DNA from: Elusimicrobiota bacterium
GTDB lineage: Bacteria; Elusimicrobiota; UBA8919
Reading direction: 5' to 3'
Length of the DNA: 64,000 bases
Assembly (NCBI GenBank): GCA_028718185.1
Contig: JAQUMH010000003.1
Span: 8,961 to 72,960, forward strand
The position numbers were made by a program, and so were the translations under genes. This document shows positions 48,486-57,394 of this stretch, piece after piece. Numbering within the stretch: the first letter of the stretch is position 1; each line of letters opens with the position of its first letter. Under the pieces are notes generated by a model that was not told the DNA's origin, did not search any database, and saw only the letters and a program-made list of their open reading frames with translations.

Positions 48486-50849
48486 ATGATAGAACTAAAT
48501 TTTTTAAAAAATTATAAATTTAAGTGGTTAAGACTAAGTTTGCTATTAACTTGTCTGCTTACCTGCTTATCTTCTGTTCTTCGTTCTATTGATTTAGCTC
48601 TACCCGCCGGCATATCAGATCTTATTGCTTTAGGTGGCGATAATGAAGGGGAAGTCAGACTTATATGGACAGCTCCGGGTGATGATGAACTTGCCGGGAA
48701 AATTACCGGATATCTTATTAAATATGATGAGGTTCCGATAAGAACAGATCCCTGGTTTCTTGAAGAAGGACATAAAGAATATATTTATAATTGGGAAGGT
48801 GTAGATATTGTAGGTCCTGGTGAGAAACAGACAATAACATTAACAGCACTTACTTCATATGTTGGCAAAAGACTTTATTTTGCGGTTAAAGGTTATGATG
48901 AAAATTCTAATTTCGGTGTTTGGAATTCAACACTGGATGTAGCGGGTATTAACTCCAATAGTTCCTGTTATGTAAGACTTATACCACCTGCTCCGGTAGG
49001 TAATCTATCAGCTACAGCAAGTTATAAGAAGATATCTCTTGCATGGACAGCACCTGGTGATGATGGAAATATAAATGATATATCAGGCGGTATTTTTGAA
49101 ATAAGATGTTCAAAAACAGCACCAATTACAACTGAAACCGATTGGGATAATGTTTCGGCAGGATATCCGTATAGAATTATGATTCCAACTTCTACATCAC
49201 CCGGTGTCATGCAGCAATACCTGATAACCGGACTGGAAAACGATGTCAGTTATTATTTTGCAATAAAAACAAGAGATGAAAATATCTTGGGATGGTCAGA
49301 ATTAGACACGACATCGCCTGAACCATCAGGAACACCTTTTAATGCCTTGCCAGCTGCTTTTAATCTTATATCTCCTGCAGATAAAGCATTTGTACCAAAT
49401 ACAAAACCGTTTTTTGACTGGGAGGACACAATTGACCCTGATGGACAGGGAATTAACTCGTATGGGCTTCAAATTTCAGAGTTCAGTGATTTTCATTTTA
49501 TGGTTCAGGCGCCATCCAATCTTGTTTACTCGTCATACACATTCATTGAAGCGCTTGCTGATGATACAACATATTACTGGCGTGCAAAAGCGATAGATTC
49601 CGATGGTGGAATAACGTATACCGCAGCAAGAATGTTTTACATAAATACATCTAATCTACCTCCGACAAGTTTTGATTTACTATCACCGAACAGCGAAATT
49701 GTATTAAAAAAACCCTCTTTTTTATGGCAAGCATCAAGTGATCCTGATCCCCCCGGAAGAATAAAATATAAAATTTACTATTCGTCTTATTCTGATTTCT
49801 CCACATATTTAACTGTTTCCGGGTTGACAGATACCAGTTATACGCTTACTTCAAATCTTACTGAAAGCACGACATATTATTGGAAAGTTGAAGCATCAGA
49901 CGAATATCTTGTGCCGGCAAGTGTTTTTTCAAACCAGACATTTTCTTTTTATGTAAAACCTGTTTTGCCGTCATCCCCCGCAAATATAAAAATTACGAAT
50001 AATATAATTACATGGAGCCCTGTTTTGCTGGATGAAGACGGTACCGTAAGTACTGATTTTTCAAAATATAAAATATATCGTTCTACTGATATAAAAAACG
50101 CAGGAACAGCAGGGACATTTGCCGGTTATACAACACAGACATCAACACCGGCAGTTACCGGTTACTGGACAATTATCCGCGCTATTGATGTTTTTGGCAA
50201 TGAAAGCGCGAATTCTATTGCCGTGAACCCCGATGAATCAAAACAGATTTTTATTTCAAACGGCAGGGATTTAATTATAGAAATTCCGCAAACTGTACAA
50301 AGTTCGCTTGAAAATACAATTATATCAATTTCAAAATCAGGCAAAATCTATGACATAAAACCGTTGAAATCTGCGGATTTGACCGAAGTTACCAGTTTTA
50401 TATTTTCTGCACCTGTAAAAATTACATTTGAAACAGATGACGACTGTGTTTACTGGTACAACGGGATTGAATATGTTGCTCTTGGCGGTCAAAGGGGCAA
50501 CAGTATAACGGTTAAAACTACAAAACTCGGAAAATTTTATACCAGCAGTATCCAATCCTCTACTTTAAAGTTAGCATATTCATTCCCAACGAAAATATTT
50601 ACTCCGAATAATGACGGCATAAATGATGAAATAAATCTTACATTTACAGGAATGTCAGAAGAAGACGTTATTGCTGAGGTTTATGATTTTACGGGCAGGA
50701 AGATTTCAGAGATGACACGAAAAGATTTTTCATGGTTTGTGTGGGATGGTAAGGATTTTAATGGTAAAGTTGTACTGCCCGGTATCTATATCTATCAGGT
50801 AAGAAATGGCAAAAACATCTGTAACGGCACAGTAGTAGTCGCAAGATAA
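48486..50849 (+). CDS. Fn3-rich secreted protein ending in a T9SS type-B (CHU_C/gliding-motility-associated) C-terminal domain
   Basis: The N-terminus is hydrophobic. 'WTAPGDDG' Fn3-like modules and three 'LISP...FxWExxxDPD...YYWRAKA'-type modules are present. The C-terminus 'KIFTPNNDGINDEINLTF...VYDFTGRKI...WDGKDFNGKVVLPGIYIYQV...GTVVVAR' matches the type-B CTD pattern. Confidence 0.85.
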   Translation: MIELNFLKNYKFKWLRLSLLLTCLLTCLSSVLRSIDLALPAGISDLIALGGDNEGEVRLIWTAPGDDELAGKITGYLIKYDEVPIRTDPWFLEEGHKEYIYNWEGVDIVGPGEKQTITLTALTSYVGKRLYFAVKGYDENSNFGVWNSTLDVAGINSNSSCYVRLIPPAPVGNLSATASYKKISLAWTAPGDDGNINDISGGIFEIRCSKTAPITTETDWDNVSAGYPYRIMIPTSTSPGVMQQYLITGLENDVSYYFAIKTRDENILGWSELDTTSPEPSGTPFNALPAAFNLISPADKAFVPNTKPFFDWEDTIDPDGQGINSYGLQISEFSDFHFMVQAPSNLVYSSYTFIEALADDTTYYWRAKAIDSDGGITYTAARMFYINTSNLPPTSFDLLSPNSEIVLKKPSFLWQASSDPDPPGRIKYKIYYSSYSDFSTYLTVSGLTDTSYTLTSNLTESTTYYWKVEASDEYLVPASVFSNQTFSFYVKPVLPSSPANIKITNNIITWSPVLLDEDGTVSTDFSKYKIYRSTDIKNAGTAGTFAGYTTQTSTPAVTGYWTIIRAIDVFGNESANSIAVNPDESKQIFISNGRDLIIEIPQTVQSSLENTIISISKSGKIYDIKPLKSADLTEVTSFIFSAPVKITFETDDDCVYWYNGIEYVALGGQRGNSITVKTTKLGKFYTSSIQSSTLKLAYSFPTKIFTPNNDGINDEINLTFTGMSEEDVIAEVYDFTGRKISEMTRKDFSWFVWDGKDFNGKVVLPGIYIYQVRNGKNICNGTVVVAR

Positions 50850-51043
50850 GGAGAAATAGGTTGTATCATAACTTAAATTGTAGTTGCAGAGCGTTATCTC
50901 TGCTGAAACTTGACTTCCGTGAGAATGGCATATTCATCCCCTCAACTCTTTCTTCTCCCCATAGGGGAGAAGATGAAACCTGCCTACCGGCAGGCAGGGA
51001 TGAGGGGGATCATAAGATTCTTAGCTGATAGGTCTGAAAATTT

Positions 51044-52315
51044 ATGAATAAAAATTATTTTTACAAATTATTATTTATCTTTATCTTTTTTACCGGCTCG
51101 TTTGTATACCCGGCATTTGAAAATATATCTTCGGGTGCCCGTCCTTATGGTATGGGTAATGCATTTACCGGACTTGCTGATGATATCCAGGCAGTTTTTT
51201 ATAATCCGGCCGGGCTTACACAGATAAGATATAAAGAACTTATTACCTCATTTGGCAGACCTTTTTTAGGATTGGATGACAAAAGCAACATCTCGGACGG
51301 TTTTATCGGTTATTTGTATCCTATAAGAGGGCGCGAATCAATAGCAGTTTCAGTTACTGATTTAAGGCTTTCATCAATTTACAGCGAAAACGTTGCTACA
51401 TTAAGTTACGCTAAAGATATTAAAAAAAATGTTTCTTTCGGATTTAATTTAAAAGCATTAAGAATAAAATATGGTAGTGATTCTTACACTGAAATTGACC
51501 CTGTTTTTAATAGAGATTCACGGACATCTTTTTCGGGTGATGTGGGTTTGTTTATGAAATTTACAAAAAAGTTTTCAGCCGGATTTTCTGCATTTAATCT
51601 TAATGAACCGAATATTGGTATTGCTGAAGTTTTACCTCTGCCGTTAAAAATGCGGTTAGGCATAAGTTACCGGCCTGCTTTTGCAACAATATGTTTTGAT
51701 GTAGAAAAACAAAAAGACAATTATACATATTTCCTTGGGAGCGAAAAATTAATTTTCACCAATGATTTTTTTATAAGAGAAGGAGCTAGTTACAGCAAGA
51801 ATTTAATAAATATTTCTTTGGGTTTTTCATATTTACCCGACCCATTAAAAATCGATTATGCTTTTCAAATGCCCATTGTGGGGATAAAAAGTATTTTAGG
51901 CAGCCACCGCATTTCTATAACTTTTGAATTTGGTAAAGAGATCCACGATCCCTATACTAGTGATTTGGAAACTGAAATTGATAAATTAACCAAAGAAAAT
52001 GAGAAATTACAGAAGAATTTAAATACAACAACAGAGCAGCTTTCAAATACATCGTCAGATATGGAAAAGACAAAGGCACAGTTAGAGGAGATTCAAAAAC
52101 AAAAAGAGCAGCTTGAGGTTGAAAAACGCAGGTCCGAATACCGTCCTCCTGTAAAAAAAGTCACGTATCATACTGTTGAAAAAGGTGATACATTATCGTC
52201 TATTTCTCAGAAATATTACGGTACCTCTGACAAATGGCAGGATATTTATAATGCCAATAAAAATAAAATAGAAAGAGGAACACCCATAGTAGGAAGCCAA
52301 TTGATAATACCATAA
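51044..52315 (+). CDS. PorV-like outer-membrane barrel fused to a coiled-coil segment and a C-terminal LysM domain
   Basis: 'SSGARPYGMGNAFTGLADDIQAVFYNPAGLTQ' is the PorV-type signature. A coiled coil follows ('ETEIDKLTKENEKLQKNL...QLEEIQKQKEQLEVEK'). 'YHTVEKGDTLSSISQKYYGTSDKWQDIYNANKNKI...GSQLIIP' is a LysM motif. Confidence 0.8.
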   Translation: MNKNYFYKLLFIFIFFTGSFVYPAFENISSGARPYGMGNAFTGLADDIQAVFYNPAGLTQIRYKELITSFGRPFLGLDDKSNISDGFIGYLYPIRGRESIAVSVTDLRLSSIYSENVATLSYAKDIKKNVSFGFNLKALRIKYGSDSYTEIDPVFNRDSRTSFSGDVGLFMKFTKKFSAGFSAFNLNEPNIGIAEVLPLPLKMRLGISYRPAFATICFDVEKQKDNYTYFLGSEKLIFTNDFFIREGASYSKNLINISLGFSYLPDPLKIDYAFQMPIVGIKSILGSHRISITFEFGKEIHDPYTSDLETEIDKLTKENEKLQKNLNTTTEQLSNTSSDMEKTKAQLEEIQKQKEQLEVEKRRSEYRPPVKKVTYHTVEKGDTLSSISQKYYGTSDKWQDIYNANKNKIERGTPIVGSQLIIP

Positions 52316-52493
52316 CGATACGGAACTAGTCGTAGTTGTAGTCGCAGAGCTTGCTCTGCTGCTGTTGTCTCTTCGGCGGGCGATTAAAAGATTCAAAGAT
52401 TAAGGTTTAGGATTCATAGAACCGTAGAGTCGTAAATCCCTAAGACGCAAAGACCCTACGACTCTATGACCCTATGACGTCATTGGAGTTATT

Positions 52494-53453
52494 ATGAAAT
52501 CATTAACTGATTACTGGAGAACAAAATTTACTGAATTGCAGAAGCAATTTAGTGACGAAAAGAAAAACAATAATGTTGAAAAAAAGGAACAAAAAGATAA
52601 AATATTTGAACATCAGGTTACTATAAAAGAACTTCAGACAAAAATTACTGAACTTGAAAAAAACATTTCAGGAAAAGTCGCAGATATTGAACAACTTAAA
52701 AAAGAGAAAAAATCTTCAGCAGAAAAACAGGACCTTGAAAAACAAAATTTGGCAAACGAAATTATTGAAAACATTCATCTTACCGAAAAAAAGAAGAATA
52801 TTGAAATACAGGTTCTTATTTCCGAATTTGTTAGATTTTTGAGAAAAGATGTCGGTCATGTTAGCGGTCACGTAAGGGTTTTGACTGAAATCTGTAAAGA
52901 AAAAGAAGCCCAAGCGGTTATTAATGACCTTATTGAGTATACCGAATGGATGACGCTAATGGCAGAGGAACTTTCATGGTTTTCACAACCTTTTAAAAAA
53001 GAAAGCGGTACATCTAAAATAGATACTGCAATTGATGAGTTGCTACCGGATTTTAAGCGACCTATATCAAAAAATAATATTGAAATATCAAAAGATATAT
53101 CAGAAGGGATTCCCGATATACCGGTTTTTCAGGAACATTTGAAAACTGTATTTAGTGAAATAATGAAAAATTCTATTGACGCAATGCCTTCCGGTGGCTC
53201 AATCACTATAAAAGCATACGTGTCAGATAAAAATGTTGTTATAGAATTTAAAGATACCGGTCGCGGTATTCCTCTGCATCTAATAGAAAAAGTTACAAGA
53301 CCGTTTTTTTCGACCAAGAAAAAGATTGGTTTTGGATTTGGTACAACAAAAGCCCGTATAATTTTAGATACTTATGACAGTCATTTAGATATTAACAGTA
53401 TAGAAGGCGAAGGAACTGTTGTAAAAGTTGTAATACCCGTAACAATATCGTAA
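52494..53453 (+). CDS. Soluble histidine-kinase-like ATPase (coiled-coil N-terminus, atypical H-box region, HATPase_c)
   Basis: GGAG RBS. It has an N box 'EIMKNSIDA', G1 'KDTGRGIP' and G2 'GFGFGTT'. Candidate phospho-His lies in 'LRKDVGHVSGHVRVL'. No TM segment is present. Confidence 0.75.
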   Translation: MKSLTDYWRTKFTELQKQFSDEKKNNNVEKKEQKDKIFEHQVTIKELQTKITELEKNISGKVADIEQLKKEKKSSAEKQDLEKQNLANEIIENIHLTEKKKNIEIQVLISEFVRFLRKDVGHVSGHVRVLTEICKEKEAQAVINDLIEYTEWMTLMAEELSWFSQPFKKESGTSKIDTAIDELLPDFKRPISKNNIEISKDISEGIPDIPVFQEHLKTVFSEIMKNSIDAMPSGGSITIKAYVSDKNVVIEFKDTGRGIPLHLIEKVTRPFFSTKKKIGFGFGTTKARIILDTYDSHLDINSIEGEGTVVKVVIPVTIS

Positions 53454-53464
53454 CCAAGACATCT

Positions 53465-53625
53465 AGTTTAATGTCTATGAATTTCAATATTTATGCGGCT
53501 ACAATATCAATTGGTTTGTAGCTGCCCGCCAACGGTTCAGTGGCGGGCCTAACTTAATGTACAGGAATTTCAATGTTTGTAGTAGTCGTAGATTCTTGGC
53601 GTGTTTATCATCGTAGTGAAGGGTC
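53465..53625 (+). repeat. Short version of the composite linker and hairpin array seen at 57395-57810
   Basis: TGAATTTCAATA, TTTGTAGCTGCCCGCCAACGGTTCAGTGGCGGGCCTAACTTAATGTACAGGAATTTCAATGTTTGTAGTAGTCG. It has the same CCGCCAACGGTTCAGTGGCGG hairpin as at 57622. Confidence 0.7.
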
Positions 53626-53871
53626 TCGGTTGTTGGTGTACATAAATTACAGTTTTTTTGCGAACGGGCATGGATATCCTCTTCATTTTGAGGAAAATTC
53701 TTCGGGGGAAGAATATTGTTTATGTCTTAAGCTGCAAAGAACTTGAAAAACAGTACATGTCATCATAGGTATCTTATTCTCAAATAAGTGCCAGTTTTAC
53801 GAGACCCTTCACAGATCCAAAGTTTTTTTCCGAACGAACCTGCCTGACGGTAGGTAGGAGTGAGGTAAGTT

Positions 53872-54927
53872 GTGGATAAAATAAGAAATACTAATGCACA
53901 TTATTATCTTGCAAAAGCATATCATACTGCAGGTATGTTCTCCATGGCTATCGATGAATTTGATAAAGCATTAAAATTCTCACCTGAATATGCTAATATC
54001 CATTATGATTTAGCAAAAACATATGAAAAAATGGGGTTTTTTGGTAATGCTGCAAAAGAATATAAGATTGCCTTGGATATAAACTCACATTATGTTGATG
54101 CAAAAGAATCGCTTGCAAAACTTTTATCTAATAACCGCGACGAAAAACTGAAAATAAAGAAACAATTCAATATAAAAAAAATAATGAAATATTTACCTGC
54201 AGGGATAGCTACAGTTATAATTGTTTCAGTATGGTTTTTCCTTTATAAACCGGTACCGCCGACTATTGCATATTATTCCATTCCTTCTCTTCATCCTTCG
54301 GGAATTACGATTTCAGATAATGAAATATGGGTTTGTGACTGGTTTTCCCAGACACTTTATAAGCATAATCTTGATAATGTGCTGTCACTTGTTAAGTCGT
54401 ATAAACTTCAGGATATTCACCCTTCCAGTATTGCTTCCGGCAAGGATACTTTATGGGTTAGTGACGCATTTTCAAAGAAAATATTTCAGTTTGACAGGTA
54501 CACGCTGAAACTTATGGGAAGTTTTCCGGCTCCGGCAACAAGCCCGTCCGCCATATTCGATTCTAAAAATTTTTTGTGGACTTGTGATTCAGAAGATGAT
54601 AAGATATATAAGCATAAAAAGGACAAGGATTTAACGGTAATATTTTCAGCCCCGTTATCCAACCCTAACCCGGTCGGTCTTTACGTTAAAGGTAAAAATA
54701 TTTTTGTCGCTGATGCTGATACAGGTAAAGTTTATAGATATTTTTTAGATGAAAAACAGAAAAAAATAAGTCAGATTTCCATATATGACATCCCCGCTTT
54801 TGGTTCAAATGTAGCTTCAGGCAGAAAAATTTCAGGATTGAGTATGACCGCCGACACCTTATTTCTTACATCAGAGGGAACCGGTGAAGTATACAAAATC
54901 CCTTTTAAAATGTTAAAAGGAAAATAA
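53872..54927 (+). CDS. TPR, single TM and beta-propeller-like (NHL/YncE-like) protein
   Basis: GTG start preceded by GGAGTGAGG. The N-terminal TPRs read 'AHYYLAKAYHTAGMFSMAIDEFDKALKFSPEYANIHYDLAKTYEKMG'. The TM is 'LPAGIATVIIVSVWFFLY'. Repeated blade-like strings follow (IWVCDWFSQTLYKH, LWVSDAFSKKIFQF, LWTCDSEDDKIYKH, IFVADADTGKVYRY, LFLTSEGTGEVYKI). Confidence 0.75.
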   Translation: MDKIRNTNAHYYLAKAYHTAGMFSMAIDEFDKALKFSPEYANIHYDLAKTYEKMGFFGNAAKEYKIALDINSHYVDAKESLAKLLSNNRDEKLKIKKQFNIKKIMKYLPAGIATVIIVSVWFFLYKPVPPTIAYYSIPSLHPSGITISDNEIWVCDWFSQTLYKHNLDNVLSLVKSYKLQDIHPSSIASGKDTLWVSDAFSKKIFQFDRYTLKLMGSFPAPATSPSAIFDSKNFLWTCDSEDDKIYKHKKDKDLTVIFSAPLSNPNPVGLYVKGKNIFVADADTGKVYRYFLDEKQKKISQISIYDIPAFGSNVASGRKISGLSMTADTLFLTSEGTGEVYKIPFKMLKGK

Positions 54928-54933
54928 AATAAA

Positions 54934-55035
54934 AGAGTTATAGAGTTTGTAGAGTTTGTAGAGTTATAGAGTTTGTAGAGTTTAAACCCTAAAACCCTAA
55001 AACCCTATAACCCTATAACTCTATAACCCTATAAC
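54934..55035 (+). repeat. Octamer-periodic palindrome of the TATAGRG family, between the propeller gene and the REC-GGDEF gene
   Basis: (GTTATAGA/GTTTGTAGA) x6, then TTTAAACCC, then (TAAAACCC/TATAACCC/TATAACTC) x6. Confidence 0.8.
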
Positions 55036-55065
55036 GTTATTTCACATTTAGGAGCTTTTTCATTT

Positions 55066-55998
55066 ATGAAAAAAAGGATACTTGTTGTTGATGATGATGT
55101 GCCGACACTCGAATATCTTGATTTTCTGTTTACTACTTATGGATATACTGTAAAAGTAGCTTCTTCCGGGGAATTAGCATTAAAAAGCTTAGAGCTTGAA
55201 TTGCCGGACCTTGTTTTTCTTGATTTAATGATGCCGAAACTATCAGGTTATGAAGTATGTTGCCAGATAAGAGCAAATCCCAGAACGGCAAATGTCCCGA
55301 TAGTTTTATATACAGCTACTACTATTGTTCCTGATGATATAACGAAAGGTATAGAAATCGGTGCCGATGAGTTTTTAACAAAACCTTTCAATTTAAGCGA
55401 ATTAGAAGCATTATTATTGAAACTTTTTGCAAGGCAGAGCAATGAAATGGGATATAACCCGTTAACAAAACTACCCGGGAACATTTTTATAGAGAAAGAA
55501 TTAAAAAATCGTTCAAATAATAACATAAATTTTGCATTTTGTTATTTAAATATAGATAATTTTAAAGCATATAATAATTTTTATGGTTTTAAAGACGGCG
55601 ACAAAGTAATTTTGTTTGCAGCAAATATTTTAAAGGAAGCAATAAATGAATTAGGCAGCCGAAGTGATTTTATCGGACATATCGGAGGAGATAATTTTAT
55701 TTTTATAACTACTACCGATAAAGTAGATATTATTTGTGAACGAGTAACAAAGAAATTCGACGAGTTAATCCTTAAACATTACGATGAAGAAGATATTAAA
55801 AGGGGTTATATGATTGCCCGGGATAAGGACAGTAATTTAAAAGAATTCTCATTTATGGCAGCCTCAATAAGCGTTCTTACTAATGAGAAGCAGCCTTTTC
55901 CAAGTCTTCCTCTTATAATAGAGACTTTGATATCACTAAAATTAAAGGCAAAGAAAAACCCAAATAAACCCAAAGGCAGTTACATATCCAAATTTTAA
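55066..55998 (+). CDS. Response regulator: REC domain plus a GGDEF-family domain with the degenerate signature GGDNF
   Basis: The REC domain has 'ILVVDDD', the phospho-acceptor context 'VFLDLMMP' and 'LTKPF'. The GGDEF domain reads 'NPLTKLPGN...YLNIDNFKAYNNFYGFKDGDKVI...IGHIGGDNFIFI'. Confidence 0.85.
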   Translation: MKKRILVVDDDVPTLEYLDFLFTTYGYTVKVASSGELALKSLELELPDLVFLDLMMPKLSGYEVCCQIRANPRTANVPIVLYTATTIVPDDITKGIEIGADEFLTKPFNLSELEALLLKLFARQSNEMGYNPLTKLPGNIFIEKELKNRSNNNINFAFCYLNIDNFKAYNNFYGFKDGDKVILFAANILKEAINELGSRSDFIGHIGGDNFIFITTTDKVDIICERVTKKFDELILKHYDEEDIKRGYMIARDKDSNLKEFSFMAASISVLTNEKQPFPSLPLIIETLISLKLKAKKNPNKPKGSYISKF

Positions 55999-56266
55999 AG
56001 TAATCCACTCCCTTGAAGACTTTTATGTTTTAATCCAACCCAAAAATAAAAAAGGTAGCCGCAGGGTCTTACCCTGCTTCCATAGTTGTAGTCGCAGACC
56101 CTTCTTAGTCTGCTGATGTTGTGTCTTTGTTTCAGCAGATGTGCTGCACAATGGGGATTTTTTTATTGTGTTTTTAGGGAAATTATGTAAAATAAAATAT
56201 AGATTATAACTCCACCTTCGAATTTAGAAACATTTTATAAAATCAAAAACAAGAGGATTTTTGAAA

Positions 56267-57286
56267 ATGAATAATATAACTAAAACTGAATATGTATCAT
56301 TTCTTACTAAACTAAAGCAAGAAATTATATCTGCAAGGCAAAAAGCCTACCAGGCAGTAAACAGACAACTTGTGGAATTATATCTTAGTATGGGTAAAAA
56401 TATTTATGAAAAAGTTGAATTGGCAAAGTGGGGCGAAAGGATTATAGAAACCGTTGCTTCTGACTTGCAAAAAGAATTTCCTGATACAAGAGGTTTCTCA
56501 TCAAAGAATCTTTGGAGAATGAAACAGATTTACGAAACATATAAAGATAACGAAAAACTCTCAACACTGTTGAGAGAATTGCCTTGGTCCCATAATGTTC
56601 TAATACTTCATCAGACAAAAACTATAGAAGAAAAAGAATTTTATATAAAAACCTACATAAACGAGAAATGGAGTTTCAGAGAACTTGAAAGGCAAATAGA
56701 TTCATCTTTATATGAAAGATATATGCTTTCCCGTAAAACAGATAAACTTGTTCCCCACACAAAAGAGAAAGACAAAACACTACTGTTTAAAGATGAGTAT
56801 ATGCTTGATTTTCTTGGGTTGAAAGATAATTTTCCTGAGAAAAATTTACAAAAAGCAATAGTTTCAAATTTGAAGCAATTTTTTCTTGAATTTGGCAAAT
56901 ATTTTACCTTTGTTGGCGAAGAATATAAAATTACCGTTGGTGACCAGGATTTTAAAATAGATTTATTGTTTTATCACAGGGTGTTAAAATGTTTAGTTGC
57001 AGTAGAGTTGAAAATTGGCGACTTTAAGCCGGAATATGTCGGTAAGATGCAGTTCTATTTAACAGCACTTGATGAAAAGACTAAACTGAAAGATGAAAAT
57101 CCGTCCGTAGGATTGGTACTTTGTAAATCAAAAAATGATGAAGTTGTCCGGATAGCAATAAGTAAAGCAATCTCTCCGGTGAAAGTCGCAACTTACAAAA
57201 CGAAAATTATTGATAAAAACCTGCTTAAAAGGAAATTACATTCGCTTCCTATGCCTGAAAAATCAGAAAAAGAAAATAATGTTTGA
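56267..57286 (+). CDS. DUF1016/YhcG-family PD-(D/E)XK nuclease-like protein
   Basis: The ORF track starts at TTG 56261. The ATG at 56267 has better spacing to AAGAGG (56251-56256). 'ARQKAYQAVNRQLVELYLSMGKNI', 'LPWSHNVLIL', 'EKEFYIKTYINEKWSFRELERQI' and the nuclease core 'FKIDLLFYHRVLKCLVAVELKIGDFKPEYVGKMQFYL' are typical of this family. Confidence 0.85.
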   Translation: MNNITKTEYVSFLTKLKQEIISARQKAYQAVNRQLVELYLSMGKNIYEKVELAKWGERIIETVASDLQKEFPDTRGFSSKNLWRMKQIYETYKDNEKLSTLLRELPWSHNVLILHQTKTIEEKEFYIKTYINEKWSFRELERQIDSSLYERYMLSRKTDKLVPHTKEKDKTLLFKDEYMLDFLGLKDNFPEKNLQKAIVSNLKQFFLEFGKYFTFVGEEYKITVGDQDFKIDLLFYHRVLKCLVAVELKIGDFKPEYVGKMQFYLTALDEKTKLKDENPSVGLVLCKSKNDEVVRIAISKAISPVKVATYKTKIIDKNLLKRKLHSLPMPEKSEKENNV

Positions 57287-57394
57287 ACAACAACTTGTGT
57301 TTTAAACTTGTTTAACAGTCTGGTGTATTTTACAATTCCCAAAAATGAACTTGACAGTAGCTTAAAAAGTTATATAATAATTTAAAAGTAGGAT

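Noticed and set aside
53640-53870. Possible small gene or element between the inverted 13-mers GTGAAGGGTCTCG (53636-) and CGAGACCCTTCAC (53801-), including a 32-codon ATG ORF (MDILFILRKILRGKNIVYVLSCKELEKQYMSS)
   Set aside because: The ORF is too short and has no RBS. The inverted repeat is noted, but I could not tie it to any known element type. It remains unexplained non-coding sequence.
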